Origin: Macrostomum lignano
Taxonomy: Eukaryota
Length of the DNA stretch: 64,000 nt
Assembly (NCBI GenBank): GCA_002269645.1
Contig: NIVC01000363.1
Span: 248,001 to 312,000 of the forward strand
Direction: 5' to 3'
The notes below the pieces were generated by a model. It made no database searches. It saw only the letters and a program-made list of their open reading frames with translations, and had not been told where the DNA came from. Position 1 is the first letter of the stretch, and each line of letters starts with the position of its first letter. A program made the translations under genes and the position numbers. Below, piece after piece: positions 1-12,600 of the stretch.

Positions 1-92
1 GTTAATAAAAGTAGCTTTTTACCGTAAAAGGACAAAACTAAGGACTGTTTTGAACAAATTCAAACATGAATTGCATGCAATCATATTTTCAG

Positions 93-2541
93 AGAAATTG
101 TTCACGTGGCCTCCAACGTGTTGCCAATATTGGGCGCCTTCCAAATTGCTGATGGCGTAACCGTGAGTTCTATTGAAACAGGAGCATAAAATAATTTGTC
201 TATATTTCTACTTAAAGTAGCATACTGGGAACGATTGGATTTTCTTCCGCCAGGCCACATCTAGCGGGGCGATTCGCGGTTGCGGCCGCCAAATCCAGGG
301 CGCCGTGGTTCTGTTCGTCGGGTTCTACATTATCGGCCTGCCAATGGGGATCTCGTTGGCCCTAGCAACCGATCTGCAGGTGCTGGGTGAGAACATTTGG
401 GCTTTGATTGGGGAATTAATGAGCTCTATAGGGTTGCTTCTGTCTATTGTTACCTGCATGTAACCTACCACAGCCTGCCATCCTCACCCAGCAATCCCCA
501 ACCCACCTCAACAGATCCCCAACCCACCCAACCATCCCTAACCCACCCAACCATCCCCAACCCACCTAACCATCCCCAACCCACCTAACCATCCCCAACC
601 CACCTAACCATCCCCAACCCACCTAACCATCCCCAACCCACCCAACCATCCCCAACCCACCCAACCATCCCCAACCCACCCAACCATCCCCAACCCACCC
701 AACCATCCCCAACCCACCCAACCATCCCCAACCCACCCAACCATCCCCAACCCACCCAACCATCCCCAACCCACCCAACCATCCCCAACCCACTCAACCA
801 TCCCCAACCCACCCCAACCATCCCCAACCCACCCCAACCATCCCCAACCCACCCAACCATCCCCAACCCACCCCAACCATCCCCGACCCCAACCCACCCC
901 AACCATCCCCAACCCACCCCAATCATCCCCAACACACCCCAACTATCCCCAACCCACCCAACCATCCCCAACCCACCTAACCATCCCCAACCCACCTAAC
1001 CATCCCCAACCCACCCAACCATCCCCAACCCACCCAACCATCCCCAACCCACCCAACCATCCCCAACCCACCCAACCATCCCCAACCCACTCAACCATCC
1101 CCAACCCACCCCAACCATCCCCAACCCACCCAACCATCCCCAACCCACCCCAACCATCCCCGACCCCAACCCACCCCAACCATCCCCAACCCACCCCAAT
1201 CATCCCCAACCCACCCCAACCATCCCCAACCCACCCAACCATCCCCAACCCACCCAACCATCCCCAACCCACCCAACCATCCCCAACCCACCCCAACCAT
1301 CCCCAACCCACCCAACCATCCCCAACCCACCCAACCATCCCCAACCCACCCAACCATCCCCAACCCACCCAACCATCCCCAACCCACCCAACCATCCCCA
1401 ACCCACCCAACCATCCCCAACCCACCCAACCATCCCCAACCCACCCAACCATCCCCAACCCACCCAACCATCCCCAACCCACCCAACCATCCCCAACCCA
1501 CCCAACCATCCCCAACCCACCCAACCATCCCCAACCCACCCAACCATCCCCAACCCACCCAACCATCCCCAACCCACCCAACCATCCCCAACCCACCCAA
1601 CCATCCCCAACCCACCCAACCATCCCCAACCCACCCAACCATCCCCAACCCACCCAACCATCCCCAACCCACCCAACCATCCCCAACCCACCCAACCATT
1701 CCCAACCATCCCCAACCATCCCAACCCACCCCAACCATCCCCAACCATCCCCAACCCACCTTAACCCACCCTAACCACTCCCAACCATCCCCAACCATCC
1801 CCAACCCACCCACCCGCCGCAGGCATGTGGATCGGCCTGCTAGTGGGCTACTCAATCGAGGCCGTGGCCTTCTGCTGCCTGGTGCTCCGCCTGAACTGGC
1901 GCCTCGAGGCCCACAATGCGCAGCTGCGCGCCTACGGCGAAGACGCCGCCGAGGCGGAGATCGTCGACGCCGACCAGTCGATCGGCAACAACAACAGCAG
2001 CAGCGTCGTCGCGGGTGGCAACGCTACAGGCGACAGCTCAAACCACTGGCAAGATTCGGCATCCTACCTGCCCTCTGACGCTGAGAGCGAGTGCTCGCCG
2101 CTCGTGTCGAACTCCTTCCACAATGAGATCGCCTTCTACAGCGACCCCGAGTCGTCCAGTGCGTCCGCAATGCGCTACAGGCGTCGCCAGGCCGCGCGTC
2201 GTAAAAACTCGCGCCGACGCCACACCGAGCAGATCTACACCGGCAGGTTCTACTCGCGCAGCTTCTCCGTTCACTTCGGCGACAGCTCCGATGAGGACGA
2301 GACGGAAAGCGAAGTGGACTCGGAGAGCGGCGACGCCTTCAAGTCTGTGCTGGTCAAGCGGCTGCTGACCCTGGCCTTCCTGATGGCCGCCTTTGCCGGC
2401 TCCGTGCTGCTGCGACTGTTCAGTCAGCACGACGATTCTCTGGGACTGTTGACTACTCCCGTTGCTAACTGCACTGCCGTCACTGCTGGCGCTGCGTCTT
2501 CTTCTGGTTTTGCTACTTTTAGCACCGCAGCGGCGCTTTGA
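93..2541 (+). CDS. SLC47A: MATE family (SLC47-like) multidrug and toxin extrusion transporter, 3' part; exons 93-162, 254-386, 1823-2541; 5' end lies outside the window
   Basis: Spliced translation EIVHVASNVLPILGAFQIADGVT|ATSSGAIRGCGRQIQGAVVLFVGFYIIGLPMGISLALATDLQVL-G-MWIGLLVG resembles MATE TM10-12 (GxLRGxGxQxxGA, YxxGLP, GxWxG). KRLLTLAFLMAAFAGSVLLRL resembles the extra TM13 of animal MATE1. All junctions are GT-AG and in phase (0, 1). Confidence 0.85.
485..1811 (+). repeat. 19-bp C/A-rich minisatellite (AACCATCCCCAACCCACCC)n filling the MATE intron 387-1822
   Basis: 19-bp period visible, roughly 65-70 copies, almost no G on the + strand; ends about 10 nt before the acceptor. Confidence 0.95.
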
Positions 2542-2635
2542 TGAATAAGCCAGGCACCCATGCGTGTGCTGACTCTGCATTGGGAGATTTCTCCTATTGT
2601 TGATTCTCTCCGTATCTCTCGACATTTTCTGCTGG

Positions 2636-3830
2636 CGCTCTCTTGCCTGTCTGGCGACCCTCTTGTCTGTCTGGTGATTCTCTCTTGTCTGTCTGGCGAC
2701 CCTCTTGTCTGTCTGGTGATTCTCTCTTGTCTGTCTGGTGATTCTCTCTTGTCTGTCTGGCGACCCTCTTGTCTGTCTGGTGATTCTCTCTTGTCTGTCT
2801 GGTGATTCTCTCTTGTCTGTCTGGCGACCCTCTTGTCTGTCTGGTGATTCTCTCTTGTCTGTCTGGCGACCCTCTTGTCTGTCTGGTGATTCTCTCTTGT
2901 CTGTCTGGTGATTCTCTCTTGTCTGTCTGGTGATTCTCTTGTCTGTCTGGTGATTCTCTCTTGTCTGTCTGGTGATTCTCTTTTGTCTGTCTGGCGACCC
3001 TCTTGTCTGTCTGGTGATTCTCTCTTGTCTGTCTGGTGATTCTCTTGTCTGTCTGGTGACACTCTTGTCTGTCTGGTGACACTCTTGTCTGTCTGGTGAT
3101 TCTCTCTTGTCTGTCTGGTGACCCTCTTGTCTGTCTGGCGACCCTCTTGTCTGTCTGGTGATTCTCTCTTGTCTGTCTGGTGATTCTCTTGTCTGTCTGG
3201 TGATTCTCTCTTGTCTGTCTGGTGATTCTCTTTTGTCTGTCTGGCGACCCTCTTGTCTGTCTGGTGATTCTCTCTTGTCTGTCTGGTGATTCTCTTGTCT
3301 GTCTGGTGACACTCTTGTCTGTCTGGTGACACTCTTGTCTGTCTGGTGATTCTCTCTTGTCTGTCTGGTGACCCTCTTGTCTGTCTGGCGACCCTCTTGT
3401 CTGTCTGGTGATTCTCTCTTGTCTGTCTGGTGATTCTCTTGTCTGTCTGGTGATTCTCTCTTGTCTGTCTGGTGATTCTCTTTTGTCTGTCTGGCGACCC
3501 TCTTGTCTGTCTGGTGATTCTCTCTTGTCTGTCTGGTGATTCTCTTGTCTGTCTGGTGACACTCTTGTCTGTCTGGTGATTCTCTCTTGTCTGTCTGGTG
3601 ACTCTCTTGTCTGTCTGGCGATTCTCTCTTGTCTGTCTGGTGATTCTCTCTTGTCTGTCTGGCGACCCTCTTGTCTGTCTGGTGATTCTCTCTTGTCTGT
3701 CTGGTGATTCTCTCTTGTCTGCCTGGTGATTCTCTCTTGTCTGTCTGGTGACACTCTTGTCTCTGGTGACGCTCTTGTCTGTCTCGTGACGCTCTGGTCT
3801 GTCTGGTGACCATCTTGTCTGGTGACGCTC
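2636..3830 (+). repeat. 20-22-bp minisatellite (CTCTCTTGTCTGTCTGGTGATT variants) just downstream of the MATE stop codon
   Basis: Direct tandem periodicity; source of the spurious QTRE/DRQE ORFs on the minus strand. Confidence 0.95.
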
Positions 3831-4496
3831 TCCTTTCTGTCTAGACAGACACATAACGCATGAATATTTCAATCCAAAACCCCAAAAAGAAGCTGAATTC
3901 AGCCTGCACCCATAAATTGTGCTTTTCTAGTAGTACGAGACGAGCGTGCATGCAAAATCGGGCCGATTGATTTTTATTATTATTACGATTTTCAACAATT
4001 AACCCTTTTTGATTATATAGATATACTGAAGTTAATTTTTCAATTGTTATCAGTTCCCTTGTGATCGCTTACAAAATTTTCCAAATTCGTTGCTGTTGAT
4101 TCGAAATATGCAATATACTACTGCTATCAGAATGCAAAGTTAATTATTCGAAAATTACTAACATTTTGTAACCAATGCTTGATGACCTTCTATGAGAGGA
4201 GGCTGAGGTGCCTCTGTGTTTTAGGAAGTTGACCGCTTCCTTTGCCCTTTGAACCCACCTGAGCAGAGACTCAAACGACTGCAATGCGACTGGTGAGTCA
4301 CGAGCGCGTCATGTGCAGTTGTAGAATCGTAAGAATCTCAAAAAATCGTCCCAAGAGTCGGTGTGTTAGCGCTTAACTCTTACTAACTCAAGTAGACTAA
4401 ATAGAGTTTATGGCCTCGTGTAAATGCGAAATGAGATAATAATTAGTTGGTTAAAAGTGACTCAGACGTAACTCAGTGATTCTGCAGTGACTCTAC

Positions 4497-5165
4497 GGCC
4501 CAGATTTCACGAAACAGCTAGCAGTTAGCAGTTAGCAGCAGCTAGTTTAGCCGTGCTATTTAGACGCGTCTGAAAAAGTGGTTTCACAACACCATGCTAA
4601 AAAGCAATGGCTAGTAAGCCGTGGCTAAAAGCATGCTAGCGTGGGTCTCCGCCATAGACATGAGGCGTCACTAAGACGATTATTGATTTGTGCCTTTACT
4701 GCGTCAGGAAAGCCCTACTTCATACTTTATCGTGTCTCGCGCCCGCTTTATTGAAGCAGAAGTTCTAAACTCTAAAAGAACAAAAAGTTGCACAAGATGC
4801 TCCGCAGTAGCTGGACTCAGTCGGAATCTTTGTGTGAATTCAGCACTGACAGCGAAATTCCGTCTATCGAGGTAAACTCGTGGCTCCCGATGCGGACCGT
4901 CTTGTAGGAAGTTATGAGGATAGAGGAAATTCATTGACTAACCAGGGTTGAGGCTGGCTGAAAAACAGCTGCTGGTTTTAGCCTTGCTAGTCGACGTCTG
5001 CTAGCTTCGTGAAATCAACTCTCCCACCCTCGGCACCCGATCTGACCTGCTAGCCATAGACAGCTAGACGCAGCTACTTAGCAGTCACTTTGAGAAACCC
5101 AGCCACTGCTTTTAGCAGTTAGCAGTGGCTAAATAGCTGTTAGCAGTGTTTCGTGAAATCGGCCC
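4497..5165 (-). mobile_element. Non-autonomous PIF/Harbinger-like DNA transposon remnant
   Basis: Inverted termini GGCCCAGATTTCACGAAACA (4497-4516) and TGTTTCGTGAAATCGGCCC (5147-5165); subterminal TTAGCAG repeats at both ends. The internal minus ORF 4704-4934 (PRVYLDRRNF...EFTQRFRLS) resembles the Harbinger transposase N-terminus. No clear TSD. Confidence 0.55.
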
Positions 5166-5774
5166 CTGGAGTCATAGACATGAAAGGTCCAAACTTAGAC
5201 GACTCTTTGATCAATTTTAGCAACTTTTACCGTGAAATCTCGTTGTTTTAGAAGCATCTGGAGTCACATGTTCACTCTTTGGGGCAACGAAAGTGACTCT
5301 TTTTGGCCTTGGTACCGTTTTTTTATCACGGGTGTTGATCACACCTAGCTCCCACCTGAATGACAGCATGAAGCATGACCAATTTACCAATAAACAGTAA
5401 ATAGAAAGCCATTAAAAATTTTTATGAATTAACGCACACGAAATGCCGCCGAGGCAGTTGAAATTAATGGATCAACCACAACAGTGTAATAATGTATTGT
5501 TTGAAGGGTTAGAAGTTGCTTAACAGTATTCAGAGGCGAATATATGGATTTAATAGTTGATTTTTGGGAATTTTTTGCATTTTTTACACTCGCAAATAAT
5601 TGGGCTTAGCCGCGACGCCAAACTTCTTTTGTTGAAAATAAATTCAATAAGCAAAGCGCCGCATTTACATGTACAGCTAAAAAACCATGACATTTTTTTT
5701 AATATGAAGAGCAATTAAAACTGTGAAAAATGATGCGCAAAAACTTGCCTAATAATCATATCATAGAGAAGGTA

Positions 5775-6385
5775 AGAGGGAGACAGGAGGGGACAAGAGG
5801 GCAGAGAGGAGAAGGTAAGAGGAGGACAGGAGGGGACAAGAGGAGGAGAGGGAGAAGGGAAGAGGGGGACAGGAGGGGACAAGAGGAGGAGGGAGAAGGG
5901 AAGAGGGGGACAGGAGGGGCAGAGGGGAGAAGGGAAGAGGGGGACAGGAGGGGCAGAGGGGAGAAGGGAAGAGGGGGACAGGAGGGGCAGAGGGGAGAAG
6001 GGAAGAGGGGGACAGGAGGGGACAAGAGGGCAGAGGGGAGAAGGGAAGAGGGGGACAGGAGGGGACAAGAAGGCAGAAGGGAGAAGGGAAGAGGGGGACA
6101 GGGGACAAGAAGTCAGAAGGGAGAAGGGAAGAAGGGAAGAGGGGGACAGGAGGGGACAAGAGGGGGACAGGAGGTGACAAGAGGGGGACAGGAGGTGACA
6201 AGAGGGGGACAGGAGGGGACAAGAGGGGGACAGGAGGGGACAAGAGGGGGACAGGAGGGGACAAGAGGGGGACAGGAGGGGACAAGAGGGGGACAGGAGG
6301 GGACAAGAGGGGGACAGGAAGGGACAAGAGGGGGACAGGAGGGGACAAGATGGGGACAGGAGGGGACAAGAGGGGAGAAGAGAGA
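5775..6385 (+). repeat. Purine-rich compound minisatellite (GGGGACAGGAGGGGCAGA / GGGGACAAGAG variants)
   Basis: Tandem GA-rich units between the convergent MATE and IWS1 3' ends. Confidence 0.9.
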
Positions 6386-6627
6386 GGAAGAAACGTAGAG
6401 TGGAGAAAAGGAAGCAGGGTTAGTGAAGAAAAACGAACCCAAACGCAAAGAATGAAGAGCCGCAACAACGAATATTGCGTATTTAATAATTAATTACACA
6501 GCGAGAATAATTAAAAAGCAACAAAAAATCTTGACACTACTTATACTATACTGAAGTTTGCAAATTCACACGCTATGAAACACTGCCGACTATCGGCATA
6601 GAAATCCAGTAAGCACTTGTGCTGTGG

Positions 6628-9600
6628 TCACAGGGCCATCTTGCGCCCCTCGACACTCAGAGGGACAGCTTTTTTAATCGACTTGCCGCTGCGACGCTTG
6701 TCTTTCAATTGACGCACGTGCCGTTCGAACCAGACTTGGCGTTCGCGTTTTTTCGGCGCAGCGGAGGCCAGTTTAACTGCGTCCATGTCAACCCGGGGCT
6801 TGGGCCGAACCACGTAGTCTTTGTTTGACGGCATGGGCACTCGGGCGCGGCCGACGTAGCCCGGCTCGCCCGGCTTGGCCTTGCCGCGCTGGTCCGAACC
6901 GTCGCCCCGGCCTGGCCGCGCAAGAAAATTTAGATTTTTCAATTCCTACTTACAGTAGCTTGAAAGAAAAGATCTAAAAAGCTTTAAAAAGATTATTATT
7001 ATGTCACATACTGACTATCCTACTTAAAGTAGGATTGCCAATCTAGCATCTAGCTCTAGCCTCTAATCTAAACCTAACCCGAACCTTAAATCCGAAGCCT
7101 TTTGTCATCTGTTCTACTTACAGTAGCTTTAATTCACATTATAGAATAATATTGCAATCTTCTAGCTACTATACTAATAGTAGCTATTACTATTAATAAT
7201 AGCTACTATTAATAAAACTAGCTACTATACTAATAGTAGCTAATTTTGAATTATACCCCGTAAAATCTCACCGGAAGATCTGGCATCGCTGGCCCGTTTG
7301 TGCTGCGGAATATTAGCATAATCCCGCTCCTCTCGCTCCTCCTTAGTCAGAGTGCTGTAGTTGTCAGTTAGCTGAAAGATAGGCCTAGACCAGGTGTTAA
7401 TTAGCCTGCCGCAGATGATCTTATTAGGCCGAGACTCGCGCTTGTGCTTGTACAGGTACATCACAGCCTTGCCGAGGCCGCTGCTAGCCAGTCCGTCCGA
7501 GTCTATGCCGGGAATGGTCTCCAGCATTCTCAGTAGGGTCTCGCGAATCTGCAACGACGGCAGTGAGCCATCGGGACAGGGGGCCAGCCACTCGGTGATG
7601 GCGCTGAGCATTGCGCTGTCGCTCAGGCTGGACACGACATCGGCTTTAGTGAGCAGGCTCACCACCTTGGGTAATAGCTTCATCTTTTTGGTTGCTGGGC
7701 GACCGCTTTTCATCAGTTCCCGATCGCTCTGCGCCGCTTCAAGCATCTCGTAGACAACCTGAGATAGAGATAGTTTTGATGAGTAAATTCGAATGAGCCA
7801 TACCGCAATCATAACCTCCCGGTGTCAAACTCTAATCCTTGGTGTCAAATTATAATTCTTGATGCCAAGTTATAACCCAGGATACCAAATTCTAATCTAG
7901 GATACCAAATTCTAAGTCAGGATACCAAATTCTAATCTAGATTACCAAATTCTAATCTAGGTTACCAAATTCTAAGCCAGGATACCGAATTCTAATCTAG
8001 TATACCAAATTCTATGCCAGTATACCAAATTCTAATCTAGAATACCAAATTCTAATCTAGGATACCAAATTCTAATCTAGGATACCAAATTCTAATCTAG
8101 GATACCAAATTCTAATCTAGGATACCAAATTCTATGCCAGGATACCAAATTCTAATCTAGGATACCAAATTCTATGCCAGGATACCAAATTCTAATCGAG
8201 GATACCAAATTCTAATCTAGGTTACAAAATTCTATGCCAGGATACCAAATTCTATGCCAGGATACCAAATTCTAATCTAGGATACCAAATTCTATGCCAG
8301 GATACCAAATTCTAATCTAGGATACCAAATTCTAAGTTAGGATACCAAATTCTAATCTAGGATACCAAATTCTAATCTAGGATACCTAAATTCTAATCTA
8401 GGATACCAAATTCTAAGCCAGGATACCAAATTCTAATCTAGGATACGAAATTCTTATCTAGGATACCAAATTCTAAGCCAGGATACCAAATTCTAATCTA
8501 GGATACTAAATTCTTATCTAGGATACTAAATTCTAATCTAGGATACCAAATTCTAATCTAGGATACCAAATTCTAAGTCAAGATACCAAATTCTAATCTA
8601 GGATACCAAATTCCCATCTAGGATACCAAATTCTAATCTAGGATACCAAATTCTAATCTAGGATACCAAATTCTAATCTAGGATACCAAATTCTTATCTA
8701 GGATACCAAATTCTAAGCCAGGATACCAAATTCTAATCTAGGATACTAAATTCTTATCTAGGATACTAAATTCTAAGCCAGGATACCAAATTCTAATCTA
8801 GGATACTAAATTCTTATCTAGGATACTAAATTCTAATCTAGGATACCAAATTCTAATCTAGGATACCAAATTCTAAGTCAAGATACCAAATTCTAATCTA
8901 GGATACCAAATTCTAATCTAGGATACCAAATTCTAATCTAGGATACCAAATTCTAATCTAGGATACCAAATTCTAATCTAGGATACCAAATTCTAATCTA
9001 GGATACCAAATTCTAAGTCAAGATACCAAATTCTAATCTAGGATACCAAATTCTAATCTAGGATACCAAATTCTAAGTCAAGATACCAAATTCTAATCTA
9101 GGATACCAAATTCTAATCTAGGATACCAAATTCTAATCTAAGATACCAAATTCTAATCTAGAATACCAAATTCTAAGTCAGGATACCAAATTCTAATCTA
9201 ATCTAGGATACCAAATTCTAATCTAGAATACCAAATTCTAAGTCAGGATACCAAATTCTAATCTAATCTAGGATACCAAATTCTAATCTAGGATACCAAA
9301 TTCTAATCTAGGATACCAAATTCTAAGTCAGGATACCAAATTCTAATCTAGATTACCAAATTCTAATCTAGGTTACCAAATTCTAAGCCAGGATACCAAA
9401 TTCTAATCTAGGATACCAAATTCTATCCAGGATACCAAATTCTAATCTAGATACCAAATTCTAATCTAGGATACCAAATTCTAATCTAGGATACCAAATT
9501 CTAATCTAGGATACCAAATTCTAATCCAGGATACCAAATTCTAATCAGGATACCAAATTCTAATCTAGGATACCAAATTCTATGCCAGGATACCAAATTC

Positions 9601-12600
9601 TATGCCAGGATACCAAATTCTAATCTAGGATACCAAATTCTATGCCAGGATACCAAATTCTAATCTAGGATACCAAATTCTAATCTAGGATACCAAATTC
9701 TAATCTAGGATACCAAATTCTAATCTAGGATACCAAATTCTAATCTAGGATACCAAATTCTAAGCCAGGATACCAAATTCTAATCTAGGATACGAAATTC
9801 TATCTAGGATACCAAATTCTAAGCCAGGATACCAAATTCTAATCTAGGATACAAATTCTTATCTAGGATACCAAATTCTAATCTAGGATACCAAATTCTA
9901 ATCTAGGATACCAAATTCTAAGTCAAGATACCAAATTCTAATCTAGGATACCAAATTCTAATCTAGGATACCAAATTCTAATCTAGGATACCAAATTCTA
10001 ATCTAGGATACCAAATTCTAATCTAGGATACCAAATTCTAATCTAGGATACCAAATTCTAAGCCAGGATACCAAATTCTAATCTAGGATACCAAATTCTT
10101 ATCTAGGATACTAAATTCTAAGCCAGGATACCAAATTCTAATCTAGGATACTAAATTCTTATCTAGGATACTAAATTCTAATCTAGGATACCAAATTCTA
10201 ATCTAGGATACCAAATTCTAAGTCAAGATACCAAATTCTAATCTAGGATACCAAATTCTAATCTAGGATACCAAATTCTAATCTAGGATACCAAATTCTA
10301 ATCTAGGATACCAAATTCTAATCTAGGATACCAAATTCTAATCTAGGATACCAAATTCTAAGTCAGGATACCAAATTCTAATCTAGGATACCAAATTCTA
10401 ATCTAGGATACCAAATTCTAAGTCAAGATACCAAATTCTAATCTAGGATACCAAATTCTAATCTAGGATACCAAATTCTAAGTCAAGATACCAAATTCTA
10501 ATCTAGAATACCAAATTCTAAGTCAGGATACCAAATTCTAATCTAATCTAGGATACCAAATTCTAATCTAGGATACCGAATTCTAATCTAGGATACCAAT
10601 TTCTAATCTAATCTAGGATACCAAATTCTAATCTAGGATACCAAATTCTAATCTAGGATACCAAATTCTAAGTCAGGATACCAAATTCTAATCTAGGATA
10701 CCAAATTCTAATCTAGGTTACCAAATTCTAATCTAGGATACCAAATTCTAATCTAGGATACCAAATTCTAATCTAGGATACCAAATTCTAAGCCAGGATA
10801 CCAAATTCTAAGTCAGGATACCAAATTCTAATCTAGGATACCAAATTCTAATCTAGGATACCAAATTCTAATCTAGGATACCAAATTCTAATCTAGGATA
10901 CCAAATTCTAATCTAGGATACCAAATTCTAATCTAGGATACCAAATTCTAAGTCAGGATACCAAATTCTAATCTAGGATACCAAATTCTAATCTAGGATA
11001 CCAAATTCTAATCTAGGATACCAAATTCTAATCTAGGATACCAAATTCTAATCTAGGATACCAAATTCTAATCTAGGATACCAAATTCTAAGCCAGGATA
11101 CCAAATTCTAATCTAGGATACCAAATTCTAAGCCAGAATACCAAATTCTAATCTAGGATACCAAATTCTAATCTAGTATACCAAATTCTAAGTCAGGATA
11201 CCAAATTCTAATCAGGATACCAAATTCTAATCTAGGTACCAAATTCTAATCTAGGATACCAAATTCTAATCTAGGATACCAAATTCTAATCTAATCTAGG
11301 ATACCAAATTCTAATCTAGGTTACCAAATTCTAATCTAGGATACCAAATTCTAATCTAGGATACCAAATTCTAATCTAATCTAGGATACCAAATTCTAAT
11401 CTAGGATACCAAATTCTAAGCCAGGATACCAAATTCTAATTTAGGATACCAAATTCTAATCTAGGATATCAAATTCTAATCTAGGATACCAAATTCTAAT
11501 CTAGGATACCAAATTCTAATCTAATCTAGGATACCAAATTCTAATCTAGGATACCAAATTCTAATCTAGGATACCAAATTCTAAGTCAGGATACCAAATT
11601 CTAATCTAGGATACCAAATTCTAATCTAGGTTACCAAATTCTAATCTAGGTTACCAAATTCTATGCCAGGATACCAAATTCTAATCTAGGATACCAAATT
11701 CTAATCTAGGATACCAAATTCTAAGCCAGGATACCAAATTCTAATCTAGGATACCAAATTCTAATCTAGTATACCAAATTCTAAGTCAGGATACCAAATT
11801 CTAAGTCAGGATACCAAATTCTAATCTAGGATACCAAATTCTAATCTAGTATACCAAATTCTAAGTCAGGATACCAAATTCTAAGTCAGGATACCAAATT
11901 CTAATCTAGGTTACCAAATTCTAATCTAGGATACCAAATTCTAATCTAGGATACCAAATTCTAATCTAATCTAGGATACCAAATTCTAATCTAGGATACC
12001 AAATTCTAATCTAGTATACCAAATTCTAAGTCAGGATACCAAATTCTAAGTCAGGATACCAAATTCTAATCTAGGTTACCAAATTCTAATCTAGGATACC
12101 AAATTCTAATCTAGGATACCAAATTCTAATCTAATCTAGGATACCAAATTCTAATCTAGGATACCAAATTCTAATCTAGTATACCAAATTCTAAGTCAGG
12201 ATACCAAATTCTAAGTCAGGATACCAAATTCTAATCTAGGTTACCAAATTCTAATCTAGGATACCAAATTCTAATCTAGGATACCAAATTCTAATCTAAT
12301 CTAGGATACCAAATTCTAATCTAGGATACCAAATTCTAATCTAGTATACCAAATTCTAAGTCAGGATACCAAATTCTAAGTCAGGATACCAAATTCTAAT
12401 CTAGGTTACCAAATTCTAATCTAGGATACCAAATTCTAATCTAGGATACCAAATTCTAATCTAATCTAGGATACCAAATTCTAATCTAGGATACCAAATT
12501 CTAATCTAGTATACCAAATTCTAAGTCAGGATACCAAATTCTAAGTCAGGATACCAAATTCTAATCTAGGTTACCAAATTCTAATCTAGGATACCAAATT

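Noticed and set aside
585-1855. Long G/W/V/M-rich minus-strand ORFs
   Set aside because: Translations of the 19-bp intronic minisatellite, which has no stops on that strand.
2038-3872. 386-591-aa QTRE/DRQE ORFs on the minus strand
   Set aside because: Produced by the 20-22-bp array; they overlap the MATE last exon antisense and carry no domain.
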